The notes below the pieces were generated by a model. That model was not told where the DNA came from, made no database searches, and saw nothing but the letters and a program-made list of their open reading frames with translations. A program made the position numbers and the translations under genes. From an uncultured Gemmatimonadota bacterium (GTDB lineage: Bacteria > SM23-81 > DAOVCL01), in NCBI GenBank assembly GCA_964626665.1, contig CAZVGK010000001.1:156708-220707 (forward strand): a stretch of 64,000 nucleotides of DNA. The letters run 5' to 3'. Positions 41,988-52,827 of the stretch are shown here, piece after piece; the stretch's first letter is position 1; the number at the start of each line of letters is the position of its first letter.

Positions 41988-44900
41988 CTAATTTTCCTCC
42001 TCTAACTTGACATCCAAGCAGAGGCTCTGAAGTTCTTTGACCAATACATTAAAGGACTCCGGTATCCCTGGCTCAGAGGCATTTTCCCCCTTGACAATGG
42101 CCTCGTAGATCCGGGAACGGCCGGTAACATCGTCTGATTTGATGGTGAGCATCTCCTGCAGGCTGTAAGCCGCCCCATAGGCCTCCAAGGCCCAAACCTC
42201 CATCTCCCCAAACCTCTGACCACCAAACTGTGCCTTTCCCCCTAAGGGTTGTTGGGTAACCAGGGAGTAGGGACCTATGGAGCGTGCATGGATCTTGTCA
42301 TCAACTAGGTGCCAAAGCTTCATCATATACATATAACCCACTGTAATCTTAGAGGAGAAGGACTCACCGGTGAGGCCGTTGTAGAGGGTCGTCTTTCCAT
42401 CTGAGGGAAGACCTGCCTCCTTTAAGGCATCCTTTACCTCTTCTATCTCTGCCCCAGCGAAGACCGGGTTTTCTACCCAAAAGCCCTGTTTCCCGGCAGC
42501 CCACCCCAGGTGGGTTTCCATAACCTGACCCACATTCATCCGGGAGGGAACCCCTAAGGGATTGAGCACCATATCCACTGGGGTTCCATCCGCCAGATAA
42601 GGCATATCCTCCACAGGGAGGATCTTGGCCACCACCCCCTTATTCCCATGCCGGCCAGCCATCTTGTCTCCCATGGAGAGCCTCCTTTTGGTGGCCACCC
42701 AAACCTTTACCAGCTTGAGCACACCGGGGGGGAGCTCATCCCCCCGGAGTATCTTCTCGAGCTCCGTCTCCAGCCTGTTCCGGTTAAATTCGATAAAGCG
42801 AGCACCAGTGCGCAGGATGTCTCCTGCCTTTCTGTTTCTCTCCTGGTTGCTGGTCAAGGGGAGATCAAAGGGGATGAGGTCGAAGCAGACCCTCTCCAAG
42901 TCCTTGTTCTTGTATCTTGTCCCCTTTTTGATCACCGCCTGGCCATCCTTCCCCGGAAAGTCACTCACGGCGACCCCTCCAGAAAGGAGAGGTATTAACC
43001 TTTCATCCCTTCTTCTTTTTATATCGGATATGAGCCAATCAAACCTTGACTTAACCTCCTTGCTCTCCTTTTCCTCCTTACTCCTGGCCTCCGGAGTGTG
43101 TTCTTTGCGGGAGAAGACCTTTGTGGCGGTGACTATCCCTTTCATTCCCGGGGGAGTCTTAAGGGAGGCATCCCGCACATCGCCCGCCTTCTCCCCAAAT
43201 ATGGCCCGCAGTAGCCTTTCCTCCGGGGAAATCTCCGTCTCGCCTTTGGGGGTTATCTTTCCCACCAGGATGTCCCCGGCATCCACCTCTGATCCCACAA
43301 CTATTATCCCTTCCGTGTCGAGGTTTCGCAAGGCATCCTCACCCACATTGGGTATCTCCCTGGTCAGCTCCTCTGGGCCTCTCTTGGTATCCCTCACCTG
43401 GAGCTCAAACTCCTGGATATGTACCGAGGTGTAGGTGTCCTTCCCCAATAGCCTCTCACTCACCACCACCGCATCCTCATAGTTGTATCCCTCCCAGGGC
43501 AGAAAGGCCACCAAAACATTGGATCCCAGGGCAAGTTCCCCCCGGTCGGTGGCCATCCCATCGGCGATGACCTCCCCCTTTTCCACCCACTCCCCCTTTT
43601 GCACCAATGGCCTCTGATTTATGCAGGTATCTTGATTTGATCTATTGAATTTTCTTAGCTTATATTCGGTTATCCCAAAGAGACCCGCTTCCCCCAGCAG
43701 ATCTCCCTCCGGCCGGATTACTATTCTATCCGCACTTACGGACTCCACCCAACCGCTTTCCTTAGCCACAATTGCCCTTCCGCTGTCGCGAGCAACTTTT
43801 CCCTCCACTCCCGTTCCTACCAGCGGAGCCTGTGGAAAGAGCAAAGGAACCGCCTGCCTCTGCATATTGGAGCCCATTAGGGCTCGGTTGGCATCGTCGT
43901 GTTCTAAGAAGGGGATGAGGGAGGCGGAGACGCTCACTAGTTGGGCCGGGGAGACATCCATATAGTCTATCTCCTCCGGGCTGACCAGGGAAAATTCCCC
44001 CTTCTTCCTGGCCTTGATTTTGGAAGTAAGGAACTCCCTCTGGGGTGATAATTTGGCATTTGCCTGAGCTATGGTATACCTGTCCTCCTCCTCGGCGCTG
44101 AGGTATTCTACCTTATCGGTCACCCTCCCCTTCTCCACCTTCCAGTAAGGGGTAACCAGGAAGCCATATTCGTCCACCTGAGCATAGGTGGTCAAGGAGG
44201 TGATCAGTCCGATGTTTGGACCCTCTGGGGTCTCAATTGGACAGATGCGGCCATAATGGGTGCGGTGCACATCCCGTACCTCGAACCCCGCCCTTTCCCG
44301 GGATAGTCCACCAGGCCCCAAGGCGCTCAACCGGCGCTTGTTGGTTAATTCGGCCAAGGGGTTGGTCTGATCCAGGAACTGGGAGAGCTGAGAGGTGCCG
44401 AAGAAGGCCTCCACAACTGAGGAAACCGTCTTGGCATTTACCAGGTCTCGGGGGGTAATCGCCTCCGCCTCCCGCCGGCTCATCCTCTCCCTAATTGCCC
44501 TAGCCATTCTGGTGAGTCCGATGCTAAAGGTGTTGGCTAGCTGTTCACCCACCCCTTTCAGCCTGCGGTTCCCTAAATGGTCTATATCGTCAAAGTGGCC
44601 ATTGCCCAACTTCGCTTCCATCAGTGCTCTGACCATACAGACCACGTCATCTGGATGGAGCCCGATGTGATCCAAAGGAAGGTCTAATCCCAGCCTATTA
44701 TTCATCCTGTATCTGCCCACCAACCCCAAGTTAAACCTCTGGGGGCTAAAACAGAGCCTCTCTAAAAAGGATTTTGCCGTCTCTATATTCGGCGCCTCCC
44801 CTCCCCGCATAAAGCTATAAATGTAGTAAAGGGCCTCTTCGGTGGACTTCGTCTGATCCCTCTTCATGGTGTTTCTGATGGGATCTGCTTCCCTCTTCTC

Positions 44901-45752
44901 TCGCAGCGATAAGACCTCCACTTCACCTATCCCCGCATCCGGCAATCTCGCCCCATCCTCCTCCTTAATCCTTTGGCCAGTCTCTAAGAGGATTTCCCCC
45001 GTATCCTGGTTGATCACATCCTGCGCGCAGATCTTTCCGAGGAGCGCATCCTTCTTGGCCAACTTTAGCTTCTTGGTTGAGTAGAAGAGCTTGAATATCT
45101 CCTCATCCCTGGAATAACCAATGGCCCGGAGAAATGTGGTTACAGGTATCTTCCTTCTGTGGTTGATGTAGACATAAAGGGTGTCATTTATGTCCAAGAG
45201 AAACTCCATCCAGGACCCCTGATAGGGGATGATGCGGGAGGAGAACATCCTCTTGCCATTTGGGTGAACAATGGACTCGAAGAATGGGCCCGGTGAGCGG
45301 TGCAGTTGGCTAACCACGACCCTCTCTGCCCCGTTGACGATGAATGTTCCCTTTTCGGTCATCAAAGGGAGCTCCCCTAAATAGACCTCCTGTTCGATTA
45401 CCTCCCTTACTGGCCTTTCCTTTGTGGTTGGATCCTTTACCAGGAGCCGCAGCACCGCCTTAAGGGGAGCACCATAGGTCACATTCCTTTCCTTACACTC
45501 ATCCACCGTATGTTTCGGTTCTCCTGTCCCATATCTGACAAACTCCAGGCTGTAGATATGGTGGATGTCTTGGATGGGAAAGATATTGCGGAAGACTCCT
45601 TCCAATCCCTTCTTCTCCCTCTTTCCCGGGGGGAGATTGGCCTGGAGGAAGGATTCGAAGGAGGCAAGCTGAAGCTGCAAAAAATGGAGCATCGGAGCTG
45701 CACCCGGCAGTTTGTTGTAGCTACGGCGATTAATCCTTTCTTTCCTGGGCAC
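41988..45752 (-). CDS. rpoB: RNA polymerase beta subunit
   Basis: GDKMAGRHGNKG, GGQRFGEME, CPIETPEGPN. Confidence 0.99.
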   Translation of the reverse strand: MPRKERINRRSYNKLPGAAPMLHFLQLQLASFESFLQANLPPGKREKKGLEGVFRNIFPIQDIHHIYSLEFVRYGTGEPKHTVDECKERNVTYGAPLKAVLRLLVKDPTTKERPVREVIEQEVYLGELPLMTEKGTFIVNGAERVVVSQLHRSPGPFFESIVHPNGKRMFSSRIIPYQGSWMEFLLDINDTLYVYINHRRKIPVTTFLRAIGYSRDEEIFKLFYSTKKLKLAKKDALLGKICAQDVINQDTGEILLETGQRIKEEDGARLPDAGIGEVEVLSLREKREADPIRNTMKRDQTKSTEEALYYIYSFMRGGEAPNIETAKSFLERLCFSPQRFNLGLVGRYRMNNRLGLDLPLDHIGLHPDDVVCMVRALMEAKLGNGHFDDIDHLGNRRLKGVGEQLANTFSIGLTRMARAIRERMSRREAEAITPRDLVNAKTVSSVVEAFFGTSQLSQFLDQTNPLAELTNKRRLSALGPGGLSRERAGFEVRDVHRTHYGRICPIETPEGPNIGLITSLTTYAQVDEYGFLVTPYWKVEKGRVTDKVEYLSAEEEDRYTIAQANAKLSPQREFLTSKIKARKKGEFSLVSPEEIDYMDVSPAQLVSVSASLIPFLEHDDANRALMGSNMQRQAVPLLFPQAPLVGTGVEGKVARDSGRAIVAKESGWVESVSADRIVIRPEGDLLGEAGLFGITEYKLRKFNRSNQDTCINQRPLVQKGEWVEKGEVIADGMATDRGELALGSNVLVAFLPWEGYNYEDAVVVSERLLGKDTYTSVHIQEFELQVRDTKRGPEELTREIPNVGEDALRNLDTEGIIVVGSEVDAGDILVGKITPKGETEISPEERLLRAIFGEKAGDVRDASLKTPPGMKGIVTATKVFSRKEHTPEARSKEEKESKEVKSRFDWLISDIKRRRDERLIPLLSGGVAVSDFPGKDGQAVIKKGTRYKNKDLERVCFDLIPFDLPLTSNQERNRKAGDILRTGARFIEFNRNRLETELEKILRGDELPPGVLKLVKVWVATKRRLSMGDKMAGRHGNKGVVAKILPVEDMPYLADGTPVDMVLNPLGVPSRMNVGQVMETHLGWAAGKQGFWVENPVFAGAEIEEVKDALKEAGLPSDGKTTLYNGLTGESFSSKITVGYMYMMKLWHLVDDKIHARSIGPYSLVTQQPLGGKAQFGGQRFGEMEVWALEAYGAAYSLQEMLTIKSDDVTGRSRIYEAIVKGENASEPGIPESFNVLVKELQSLCLDVKLEEEN

Positions 45753-45768
45753 TTACTGGGACCTCCTT

Positions 45769-46200
45769 TTACTTAAGCTCTACTGAGGCTCCCACCTCCT
45801 CAAGCTTCGCCTTTAGTTCCTTGGCCTCCTCCTTGGTAACCCCCTCCTTGACCGGTTTGGGGGCCTTGTCCACCAGTTCCTTGGCCTCTTTAAGCCCCAG
45901 CCCAGTAGAGGCGCGCACCACCTTTATTACCTGGATTTTCTTATCGCCAATGGAGGAGAGCACCACATCGAATTCTGTTTTCTCCTCGGGGGCCTCCTCC
46001 GCGGCTAGGCCTTGGGCTGGGCCTGCAGCCTGCGCCACCGGAGGAGCGGCAGTAACCCCAAATTTCTCCTGGAGCTTATCCACCAGGTCAGATAGCTCCA
46101 ATACAGTCAGCTTCTCAATTGCTTCTAAAACCGCCCCGATCGGGTCCTTCTTCTTGGACGACTTCTTTACCGGAGCCTTTTTGGCAACAGCTTCAGCCAT
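45769..46200 (-). CDS. rplL: 50S ribosomal protein L7/L12
   Basis: [28 protein letters not shown]. Confidence 0.97.
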   Translation of the reverse strand: MAEAVAKKAPVKKSSKKKDPIGAVLEAIEKLTVLELSDLVDKLQEKFGVTAAPPVAQAAGPAQGLAAEEAPEEKTEFDVVLSSIGDKKIQVIKVVRASTGLGLKEAKELVDKAPKPVKEGVTKEEAKELKAKLEEVGASVELK

Positions 46201-46720
46201 TTTTACCCTCCTTTAGAGACTGAATAGCCACTAATGTCCCCACCAAATTGCGGATTATCCCCTGTAGGGTTCCAGTCAATCCGGCAATGGGAGAACCGAT
46301 CGTCGAGAGCAGCCTACTCAGGAGGATATCCCTGGGTGGCAACCCTTGCACCCTCTCTGCTAAGGAGGGGCCACCAATTTCCCCTTCAAAGAGAATGCCC
46401 TTTATTTTCGGTTTCTCCTTCTCCCGGGCGAATTCCGCCAATGCCCTGGCCGGCTCAATGGAGTCTGCACTGCTGGTTACCAGGGCAGTTGGCCCCTGCA
46501 GATAAGTCAGTAGGCCCTCCAATTCAGCCTGGCGGACGGCAATTCTGGCCAGGGTGTTCTTCACCACTCTGAAATTGACCGCTCTTGCCCTTAAATTCCG
46601 CCGTAGTTGGTTCATATCATCGACCTTTAGGCCGCTAAAATCTGCCAGAACCACAGACTGGCTAGCGGAGAGCATGCCGGTCAAATCATCTACTATAGCT
46701 TTTTTCTCCTTTTTGGCCAT
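46193..46720 (-). CDS. rplJ: 50S ribosomal protein L10
   Basis: [15 protein letters not shown]; position. Confidence 0.96.
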   Translation of the reverse strand: MAKKEKKAIVDDLTGMLSASQSVVLADFSGLKVDDMNQLRRNLRARAVNFRVVKNTLARIAVRQAELEGLLTYLQGPTALVTSSADSIEPARALAEFAREKEKPKIKGILFEGEIGGPSLAERVQGLPPRDILLSRLLSTIGSPIAGLTGTLQGIIRNLVGTLVAIQSLKEGKNG

Positions 46721-47427
46721 TAGGCCTCCCGCAAAACTATCCTTATATCCGCCACATCTACCTTAATTCCTATCCCCATTGTAGAGGAGACAGTTGCTGT
46801 TTTCAAATACTGGCCTTTAGCCGCTGGGGGTCGCGCTCCCATCACCGAGGCCAACAGGGCTTTGACATTCTCCAGCAGCGCCTCCTGGGAAAAGGAGGCT
46901 TTGCCAATGGGGGCATGGAGATTCCCGGCTTTGTCCACCCGGTATTCTATCTTCCCCCCCTTGGCATCCTTTACTGCCTTGGCCACATCAAGGGTAACGG
47001 TTCCTGACTTGGGGTTGGGCATCAGACCCCTGGGGCCTAATATCCTTCCTAATTTGCCCACAGTTCCCATCATATCTGGTGTAGCGATAATCACGTCGAC
47101 ATCCGTCCATCCTCCGGCCAACTTCTCGATATACTCATCTGAGCCCACCCAATCTGTCCCTGCCGCTTCCGCCTCCTTCTCCTTCTCCCCTCTGGTGAGG
47201 ACCAGAACCCTTACCTCCCTACCTGTTCCGTTGGGTAGAACCACGGTCCCGCGCACCATCTGATCGGCCTTTCGCGGGTCAACGCCTAACCTGAGGGCAA
47301 CCTCTACCGTCTCATCAAAACGGGAGTTGGCGGTATCCTTTACCATTTGCAAGGCCTGCCCCAAGGGAATTTTTTGATCCTTTTCCACCTTCTCTCGGGA
47401 GGCCTGATATCTTTTACCCCTCTTCAT
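46720..47427 (-). CDS. rplA: 50S ribosomal protein L1
   Basis: [20 protein letters not shown]. Confidence 0.98.
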   Translation of the reverse strand: MKRGKRYQASREKVEKDQKIPLGQALQMVKDTANSRFDETVEVALRLGVDPRKADQMVRGTVVLPNGTGREVRVLVLTRGEKEKEAEAAGTDWVGSDEYIEKLAGGWTDVDVIIATPDMMGTVGKLGRILGPRGLMPNPKSGTVTLDVAKAVKDAKGGKIEYRVDKAGNLHAPIGKASFSQEALLENVKALLASVMGARPPAAKGQYLKTATVSSTMGIGIKVDVADIRIVLREA

Positions 47428-47851
47428 CTACAACCTCCAAGCCCATACTTCTTGCTGTCCCCTCTACCTGTCTCATTGCCGCCTCTATTTCGGTGGCATT
47501 CAGATCCACGAGTTTTAGCTCTGCTATTTCTTTAACCTGCTTGCGGCTGACTTTCCCTACCTTGTTGCGATTGGGCTCCGGGGATCCTTTCTCTATCCCT
47601 GCTGCCTTAGCCAGCAGGACCGCAGCGGGAGGGGTTTTGGTAATGAAGGTAAATGTTCTGTCGGCATAGATGGTTAAAACCACAGGGATGATCAACCCCT
47701 CTTGTTTCGCTGTTTGGGAGTTAAATGCCTTGCAGAACTCCATGATGTTTACCCCATACTGTCCCAAGGCTGGCCCCACAGGGGGGGCAGGATTGGCTTT
47801 GCCCGCGGGTATCTGTAGCTTAACTGTACCTAATATCTTCTTCTTGGCCAA
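47414..47851 (-). CDS. rplK: 50S ribosomal protein L11
   Basis: [19 protein letters not shown]. Confidence 0.98.
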   Translation of the reverse strand: MAKKKILGTVKLQIPAGKANPAPPVGPALGQYGVNIMEFCKAFNSQTAKQEGLIIPVVLTIYADRTFTFITKTPPAAVLLAKAAGIEKGSPEPNRNKVGKVSRKQVKEIAELKLVDLNATEIEAAMRQVEGTARSMGLEVVDEEG

Positions 47852-48012
47852 TATCTTCCCCTTTACGAAGCTGCGCCTTCCCGTTTAGGGTAAACTTGCT
47901 GACGATTGGAAGAACTAGGTTGGGCGAAGCTTAAAATTGTAAATTGCAAAAGTCAAAACTATCTTATTTTTCAATGGCTGGCTGCAAACATTCGGCCTTC
48001 CGATGAAACCAG

Positions 48013-48540
48013 CTAGATACTTTGCACTTGGAGGAAGTCGAGCTCCACAGGAGTGGAACGGCCAAATATGCTGACCAGCACCTTGACCCTTCCCCTCTCC
48101 GGATTCACCTCGCTGACCACCCCGGAGAAATCGGTAAAGGGACCATCCGTAACCTTGATGGCATCGCCCACCTTAAAGGGAACCTCTATCTTTTCCCCTT
48201 GCTGGTGGCTGACCTGCTCAAAGATCCTTTCTACCTCCACTTGAGGTAAGGGTTGGGGCTTACCCTTGGCCCCCACGAAGTTAGTAATCCCTGGAGTGCT
48301 GACTACTAAATGGCTGGTCTCCTTGTCTAAGTCCATCTCCACGAGGACATAACTGGGGAGGAACTTCTTCGTAGTTACCATCCTTTTCCCCTTCTTCATC
48401 TCCACCACCTGTTCGGTGGGGACTAAAACCTTCCCTATCCTTTCCTGGAGCCCCTGCGCGGCAATTGCCTTTTCCAAGCTCTTCTTCACCCTCTGTTCAT
48501 GTCCAGAAAGGGTATGGACAACATACCACATCTTCTTCAT
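48013..48540 (-). CDS. nusG: Transcription factor NusG
   Basis: WYVVHT.SG.E, KOW DGPF.DF.G, IFGR.TPVEL. Confidence 0.98.
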   Translation of the reverse strand: MKKMWYVVHTLSGHEQRVKKSLEKAIAAQGLQERIGKVLVPTEQVVEMKKGKRMVTTKKFLPSYVLVEMDLDKETSHLVVSTPGITNFVGAKGKPQPLPQVEVERIFEQVSHQQGEKIEVPFKVGDAIKVTDGPFTDFSGVVSEVNPERGRVKVLVSIFGRSTPVELDFLQVQSI

Positions 48541-48725
48541 CTGCCCAAGACAAGATTGGCCAGGTTGGAGAGACCGAGATCTACCGCCCCAATGAAGATG
48601 GCCAGGAGTAAGGAGACGACAACTACCACGATGGTGGAGGTGATCACCTCCTCCCTGGTGGACCAGGTGATTTTCCCCATCTCCAGCTTGACCTCTTTTA
48701 GGAATTTCCTGATTTTCTCTATCAT
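48537..48725 (-). CDS. secE: Preprotein translocase SecE
   Basis: FLKEV..EM.KITW, one TM helix; ATG at 48725. Confidence 0.95.
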   Translation of the reverse strand: MIEKIRKFLKEVKLEMGKITWSTREEVITSTIVVVVVSLLLAIFIGAVDLGLSNLANLVLGR

Positions 48726-48731
48726 AATAGC

Positions 48732-48808
48732 TGGCAGGCCTGGAGGGATTCGAACCCCCAACTTCCGGTTTTGGAGACCGGCGCTCTAGCCGTTAGAGCT
48801 ACAGGCCT
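48732..48808 (-). tRNA. tRNA-Trp (CCA)
   Basis: Cloverleaf aggcctg.../ccggt ctCCAaa accgg/ttcgaat; encoded CCA end. Confidence 0.95.
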
Positions 48809-48814
48809 GCGATT

Positions 48815-48964
48815 TTACCTTGTCTCCCGGTGAATGGTATGTTTCTTACAGAACTTGCAATATTTTTTAAAGCTTAGCCTATCCGGATGTTTCCTCTTGT
48901 TCTTCGTAGTGGTATAATTTCTCCGCTTACACTCCGTGCAGGCCAAGGTAACTATTTCTCTCAT
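48815..48964 (-). CDS. rpmG: 50S ribosomal protein L33 (zinc-binding form)
   Basis: Own translation [49 protein letters not shown]. Confidence 0.96.
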   Translation of the reverse strand: MREIVTLACTECKRRNYTTTKNKRKHPDRLSFKKYCKFCKKHTIHRETR

Positions 48965-50166
48965 TTTATGACCTCAGCTACGACCCCTGCTCCCACGGTT
49001 CTTCCCCCCTCCCTGATGGCAAACCGCAACTCTTTTTCCATGGCGATGGGCGTGATCAGCTCCCCCTCTATGGTCACATTATCCCCAGGCATGACCATCT
49101 CTACCCCCTCCGGTAGCTTTACCACCCCAGTCACATCCGTGGTGCGAAAATAAAACTGCGGCCTATACCCACCGAAGAAAGGTGTATGCCTACCCCCTTC
49201 CTCCTTCGTCAATACATAGACCTCACCCTTAAACTTGGTATGCGGGGTGATCGACCCCGGGGCTGCTATTACCATCCCCCTCTCTAACTCATCCCTGTTT
49301 ACCCCCCGCAACAGCAAACCCACATTGTCCCCAGCCTCTGCCCGATCCAGGATCTTCCGAAACATCTCTACCCCAGTCACTACCGTCTTCTTCGTTTCCC
49401 TGATCCCTACCCTCTCCACCGCATTCCCTACCTTCACCGTCCCCCTCTCTACCCTCCCTGTCCCTACTGTCCCTCGCCCAGTAATGGAAAATACATCCTC
49501 CACAGACAGCAAGAAGGGCTTATCCAAATCCCTCTTCGGCTGAGGTATATACTTGTCCACCGCATCCATTAGCTCATAGATGCTCTTGAAGGCCTCACTC
49601 TCCTTCACCTCAGGGTTGGCTGCTGCCTCCATCGCCCGCAGGGCACTTCCCCTGATCACCGGCACCTCATCCCCCGGGAAGCTATACTCCGTGAGCAACT
49701 CCCTGACCTCTAACTCTACCAAATCCAATAGCTCAGGATCATCTACCTGATCTACCTTGTTCATATAGACTACTATATAGGGCACCCCTACCTGCCTGGC
49801 CAAAAGGATGTGCTCCCTGGTCTGGGGCATCGGCCCATCAGCAGCGGATACCACCAGGATGGCCCCATCCATCTGCGCCGCCCCGGTGATCATATTCTTC
49901 ACATAATCGGCATGCCCCGGACAGTCTATGTGCGCATAATGCCTGGCGGCGGTCTCATACTCCACATGGGCTATCGCTATGGTTAACCCCCGCTCCTTCT
50001 CCTCAGGAGCATTGTCTATAGAATCAAATGTCCGGGCCTCCGCCAGGCCCTTCCTATGCAAGATCATGGTAATCGCCGCGGTCAAAGTGGTCTTCCCATG
50101 ATCCACATGCCCAATAGTCCCTATGTTTATGTGCGGCTTCGTGCGCTCAAACTTCTTCTTCGCCAT
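48961..50166 (-). CDS. tuf: Elongation factor Tu (copy in tRNA-secE cluster)
   Basis: Protein identical to 33656-34861. Confidence 0.99.
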   Translation of the reverse strand: MAKKKFERTKPHINIGTIGHVDHGKTTLTAAITMILHRKGLAEARTFDSIDNAPEEKERGLTIAIAHVEYETAARHYAHIDCPGHADYVKNMITGAAQMDGAILVVSAADGPMPQTREHILLARQVGVPYIVVYMNKVDQVDDPELLDLVELEVRELLTEYSFPGDEVPVIRGSALRAMEAAANPEVKESEAFKSIYELMDAVDKYIPQPKRDLDKPFLLSVEDVFSITGRGTVGTGRVERGTVKVGNAVERVGIRETKKTVVTGVEMFRKILDRAEAGDNVGLLLRGVNRDELERGMVIAAPGSITPHTKFKGEVYVLTKEEGGRHTPFFGGYRPQFYFRTTDVTGVVKLPEGVEMVMPGDNVTIEGELITPIAMEKELRFAIREGGRTVGAGVVAEVIK

Positions 50167-50419
50167 AACTTATTCTCCCTTTAAAGCTTTGAAAAAAGTT
50201 CGCCATCTAACCCGCGGCAAATAACCAATTAGGGGAAGAGGACGAGCTTTGCAGTTATCCCTTATTTCCTTTTATAAACCTGGATTGTGCATTAAACTCC
50301 GAAAATCATTGAAGTAACAAGAGGCCCAGAGAGAGGATTTCACCTAACAAATGGAATCCATTTTTGTCAGCCATTTATGTTTCTCTATTTTCGGTGTTCT
50401 CCGCATAATTTGAGATAAG

Positions 50420-50492
50420 AGCCCACGATCGGAATTGAACCGATGACCACATCCTTACCAAGGATGTGCTCTACCGACTGAGCTACGTGGGC
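50420..50492 (-). tRNA. tRNA-Thr (GGT)
   Basis: gcccacg acceptor; catcc ttGGTaa ggatg; ggttcaatt; no encoded CCA. Confidence 0.94.
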
Positions 50493-50517
50493 AAGGAAAT
50501 TCTCGAAGGATAAAAAA

Positions 50518-50546
50518 ATTTTATCCTTCCCAGATAAATATGTCAA
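50518..50546 (-). promoter_or_regulatory. Sigma70-type promoter for tRNA-Thr/tuf
   Basis: TTGACA-17-TAAAAT on minus strand. Confidence 0.6.
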
Positions 50547-50714
50547 AACGATAAAAAGCTCAAATTCTAAACGTAAGAAATATAAATCATTCTGTCAAGA
50601 AAAAAATTTAGTTTTACCCCAAAAAATTTAAGGGAGTAGGGAAGAGGTGATTTTGAAATGATTATGTGGCGGCAGGTGTAATTCCCCTTCCCAGATCCTT
50701 CATTGCTGCTAGAG

Positions 50715-50788
50715 AGCGGGAGACGGGGTTCGAACCCGCGACCCTCAGCTTGGAAGGCTGATGCTCTGGCCAACTGAGCTACTCCCGC
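50715..50788 (-). tRNA. tRNA-Gly (TCC)
   Basis: gcgggag acceptor; tcagc ctTCCaa gctga; ggttcgaac. Confidence 0.95.
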
Positions 50789-50792
50789 GGAG

Positions 50793-50874
50793 TGGGGAGG
50801 GGAGGATTCGAACCTCCGAAGGCTCCGCCGGCAGATTTACAGTCTGCTCCCTTTGACCACTCGGGAACCTCCCC
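50793..50874 (-). tRNA. tRNA-Tyr (GTA)
   Basis: ggggagg acceptor; gcaga ctGTAaa tctgc; long variable arm. Confidence 0.95.
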
Positions 50875-51002
50875 ACTTACCCCAAAAGCAATTAACAATT
50901 AGCAATTAAAAAATTAAAATGAAAAGGATAGCCAATTTCCAATTGGAAGCTTAACCGCTTAGACATTACGGGATTTCTAAGAAATTGCGAGATATAATAA
51001 TA

Positions 51003-51133
51003 GACTCCCCTGCAAAAACCTTCCGATGGGTAGCCGCAGGCTTTAGCCTGCGAAGATAGGTCTTACAAATCAACCACTTATGCAACCTGAAGGTTGCGAC
51101 TACCTAAATTTTCGACCTTTTTGCAGCGCAGTC
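51003..51133. mobile_element. MITE-like element containing an inverted GTAG-REP doublet
   Basis: TIRs gactcccctgcaaaaa / tttttgcagcgcagtc; ataata on both sides; internal gtagccgcaggctttagcctgcg and gcaacctgaaggttgcgactac. Confidence 0.65.
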
Positions 51134-51139
51134 ATAATA

Positions 51140-51212
51140 AGCTGGCGGAGGGCTTCGAACCCCCGACCTGCTGATTACAAATCAGCTGCTCTACCTATTG
51201 AGCTACGCCAGC
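51140..51212 (-). tRNA. tRNA-Thr (TGT)
   Basis: gctggcg acceptor; gctga ttTGTaa tcagc; ggttcgaag. Confidence 0.94.
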
Positions 51213-51420
51213 AAAACGAGAAGTTTTGTATTAAGTGAGGGTAGGAATTAACCCATCTATACACTTTTTCAGAAAAAGAGTTTGATTTTTCGCTATGGGA
51301 CAGGGGGTAAAATCTCCTAAATTATATGTTTCGGATTTCGAAATTGAACCCTTTTACCCCCAAAACATTTTCTTAAGTAGACTACTCAAAAATAATAGTC
51401 CATAAACCGATTGTCAATAG

Positions 51421-52827
51421 CTATTTTCTCCTCACCTTATAGGTGGTTCCCTCAGGCCGATCTTCCAAGTTAATTCCCCTCTTGAGGAGATCCTCCCTTA
51501 TCCTGTCGGCCAACTCCCAGTTGCCCTCCTTCCTGGCCTTCTCCCTCTGTTTGATCATGTCCAGTTCTTCTTCCTCCAACTCCTTGGCCTCCTCCTGGAG
51601 GACCCCTAACACCCGATCAAAACCCTTCACTGCCCTTAAGATTATCTCCCCTTCCCTTCTACCCATCCTCCCCTGAGCAATCAGCCTGTTTGCCTCCCTG
51701 ACCAATTTAAAGAGGGCCCCCCAGCCACCCGAGATGTTCAGGTCATCGTCGAGGGCCTGGTAAAACTCCTCCTGAGCCGTAGAGGCCAACCTCTCTACCT
51801 CATCCCTTCCCCTTTCGCCGGTGAGCCTCTGTAGGTTGGCCATGAAATCATCCAACCTCTCCACTGCCTCTTGGGAGGCCTTTAATCCGTCAAAGGTGAA
51901 GTTCAACTTCTGCCGATAGTGGGTGCTCAAAAGAAGATGCCTTATCGCCCGGGGGGGGTAGCCCTTGGCTAAGATATCCCGTAGGGTATAGTAGTTTCCC
52001 AGGGATTTACTCATCTTCCTCCCCTCCACTATCAGATGATCGCAATGCAGCCAATAGTTGACGAACTTCACCCCGGTAGCCCCCTCACTCTGGGCGATCT
52101 CGTTCTCGTGGTGAGGGAAAATGTTGTCCACACCACCAGTATGGATGTCAAAATGTTCTCCTAAGTATTTCATAGACATAGTGCTGCACTCTATATGCCA
52201 ACCGGGCCTCCCCTTTCCCAAATCGCTCTCCCAGTATACATCCCCATCCTCGGGGTCCCAGGCCTTCCAGAGGGCAAAGTCCGAGGCCTCATCCTTCCCA
52301 TACTCGTCGGAGATCACCCTGGCCCCTGCCCTGAGTCCATCCAGCTTCATATGGGAGAGCTTTCCATAACCCTTGAACTGGGAGATGCGAAAATAGTAAG
52401 ACCCCTTAGCTTTATAGGCATATCCATTCTCAATGAGCCTCTTTACCAGTTCTACCATATCCCCAATGTGCTCGGTGGCCCGGGGATAGACCTCAGCTCT
52501 TTTGATGTTTAAGGTATCCAGATCCTCAAAGAAGGACTCCCTATACCTCTGGGTGAACTTCTGCAGGGGAACCCCCTCCCTTTTTGCTCCGGCGATGGTC
52601 TTGTCATCCACATCGGTCAGGTTCATCACCTGATAGACCTGATAGCCGCGGTATTTGAGGTATCTCCTGAGGAGGTCCTCAAATATGTAGGCGCGGTAGT
52701 TTCCTATATGGGCATAGTCATAGACAGTCGGCCCACAGGTATACATCTGCACCTTCCCCTTTTCTCTGGGGATAAACTCCTCCTTACGGCGGCTTAAGGT
52801 ATTAAAGAATCTGATGGACATCGGCAT
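51421..52827 (-). CDS. cysS: Cysteinyl-tRNA synthetase
   Basis: CGPTVYDYAHIGN, GRPGWHIECS, KMSKSLGN. Confidence 0.98.
   Translation of the reverse strand: MPMSIRFFNTLSRRKEEFIPREKGKVQMYTCGPTVYDYAHIGNYRAYIFEDLLRRYLKYRGYQVYQVMNLTDVDDKTIAGAKREGVPLQKFTQRYRESFFEDLDTLNIKRAEVYPRATEHIGDMVELVKRLIENGYAYKAKGSYYFRISQFKGYGKLSHMKLDGLRAGARVISDEYGKDEASDFALWKAWDPEDGDVYWESDLGKGRPGWHIECSTMSMKYLGEHFDIHTGGVDNIFPHHENEIAQSEGATGVKFVNYWLHCDHLIVEGRKMSKSLGNYYTLRDILAKGYPPRAIRHLLLSTHYRQKLNFTFDGLKASQEAVERLDDFMANLQRLTGERGRDEVERLASTAQEEFYQALDDDLNISGGWGALFKLVREANRLIAQGRMGRREGEIILRAVKGFDRVLGVLQEEAKELEEEELDMIKQREKARKEGNWELADRIREDLLKRGINLEDRPEGTTYKVRRK

Noticed and set aside
9432-49543. Many plus-strand ORFs of 60-270 aa over the ribosomal, rpo, fus and tuf genes
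   Set aside because: Antisense shadows of well-supported minus-strand genes with no recognisable motifs.
50567-50773. 68-aa ORF MARASAFQAEGRGFE
   Set aside because: Translation of tRNA-Gly.
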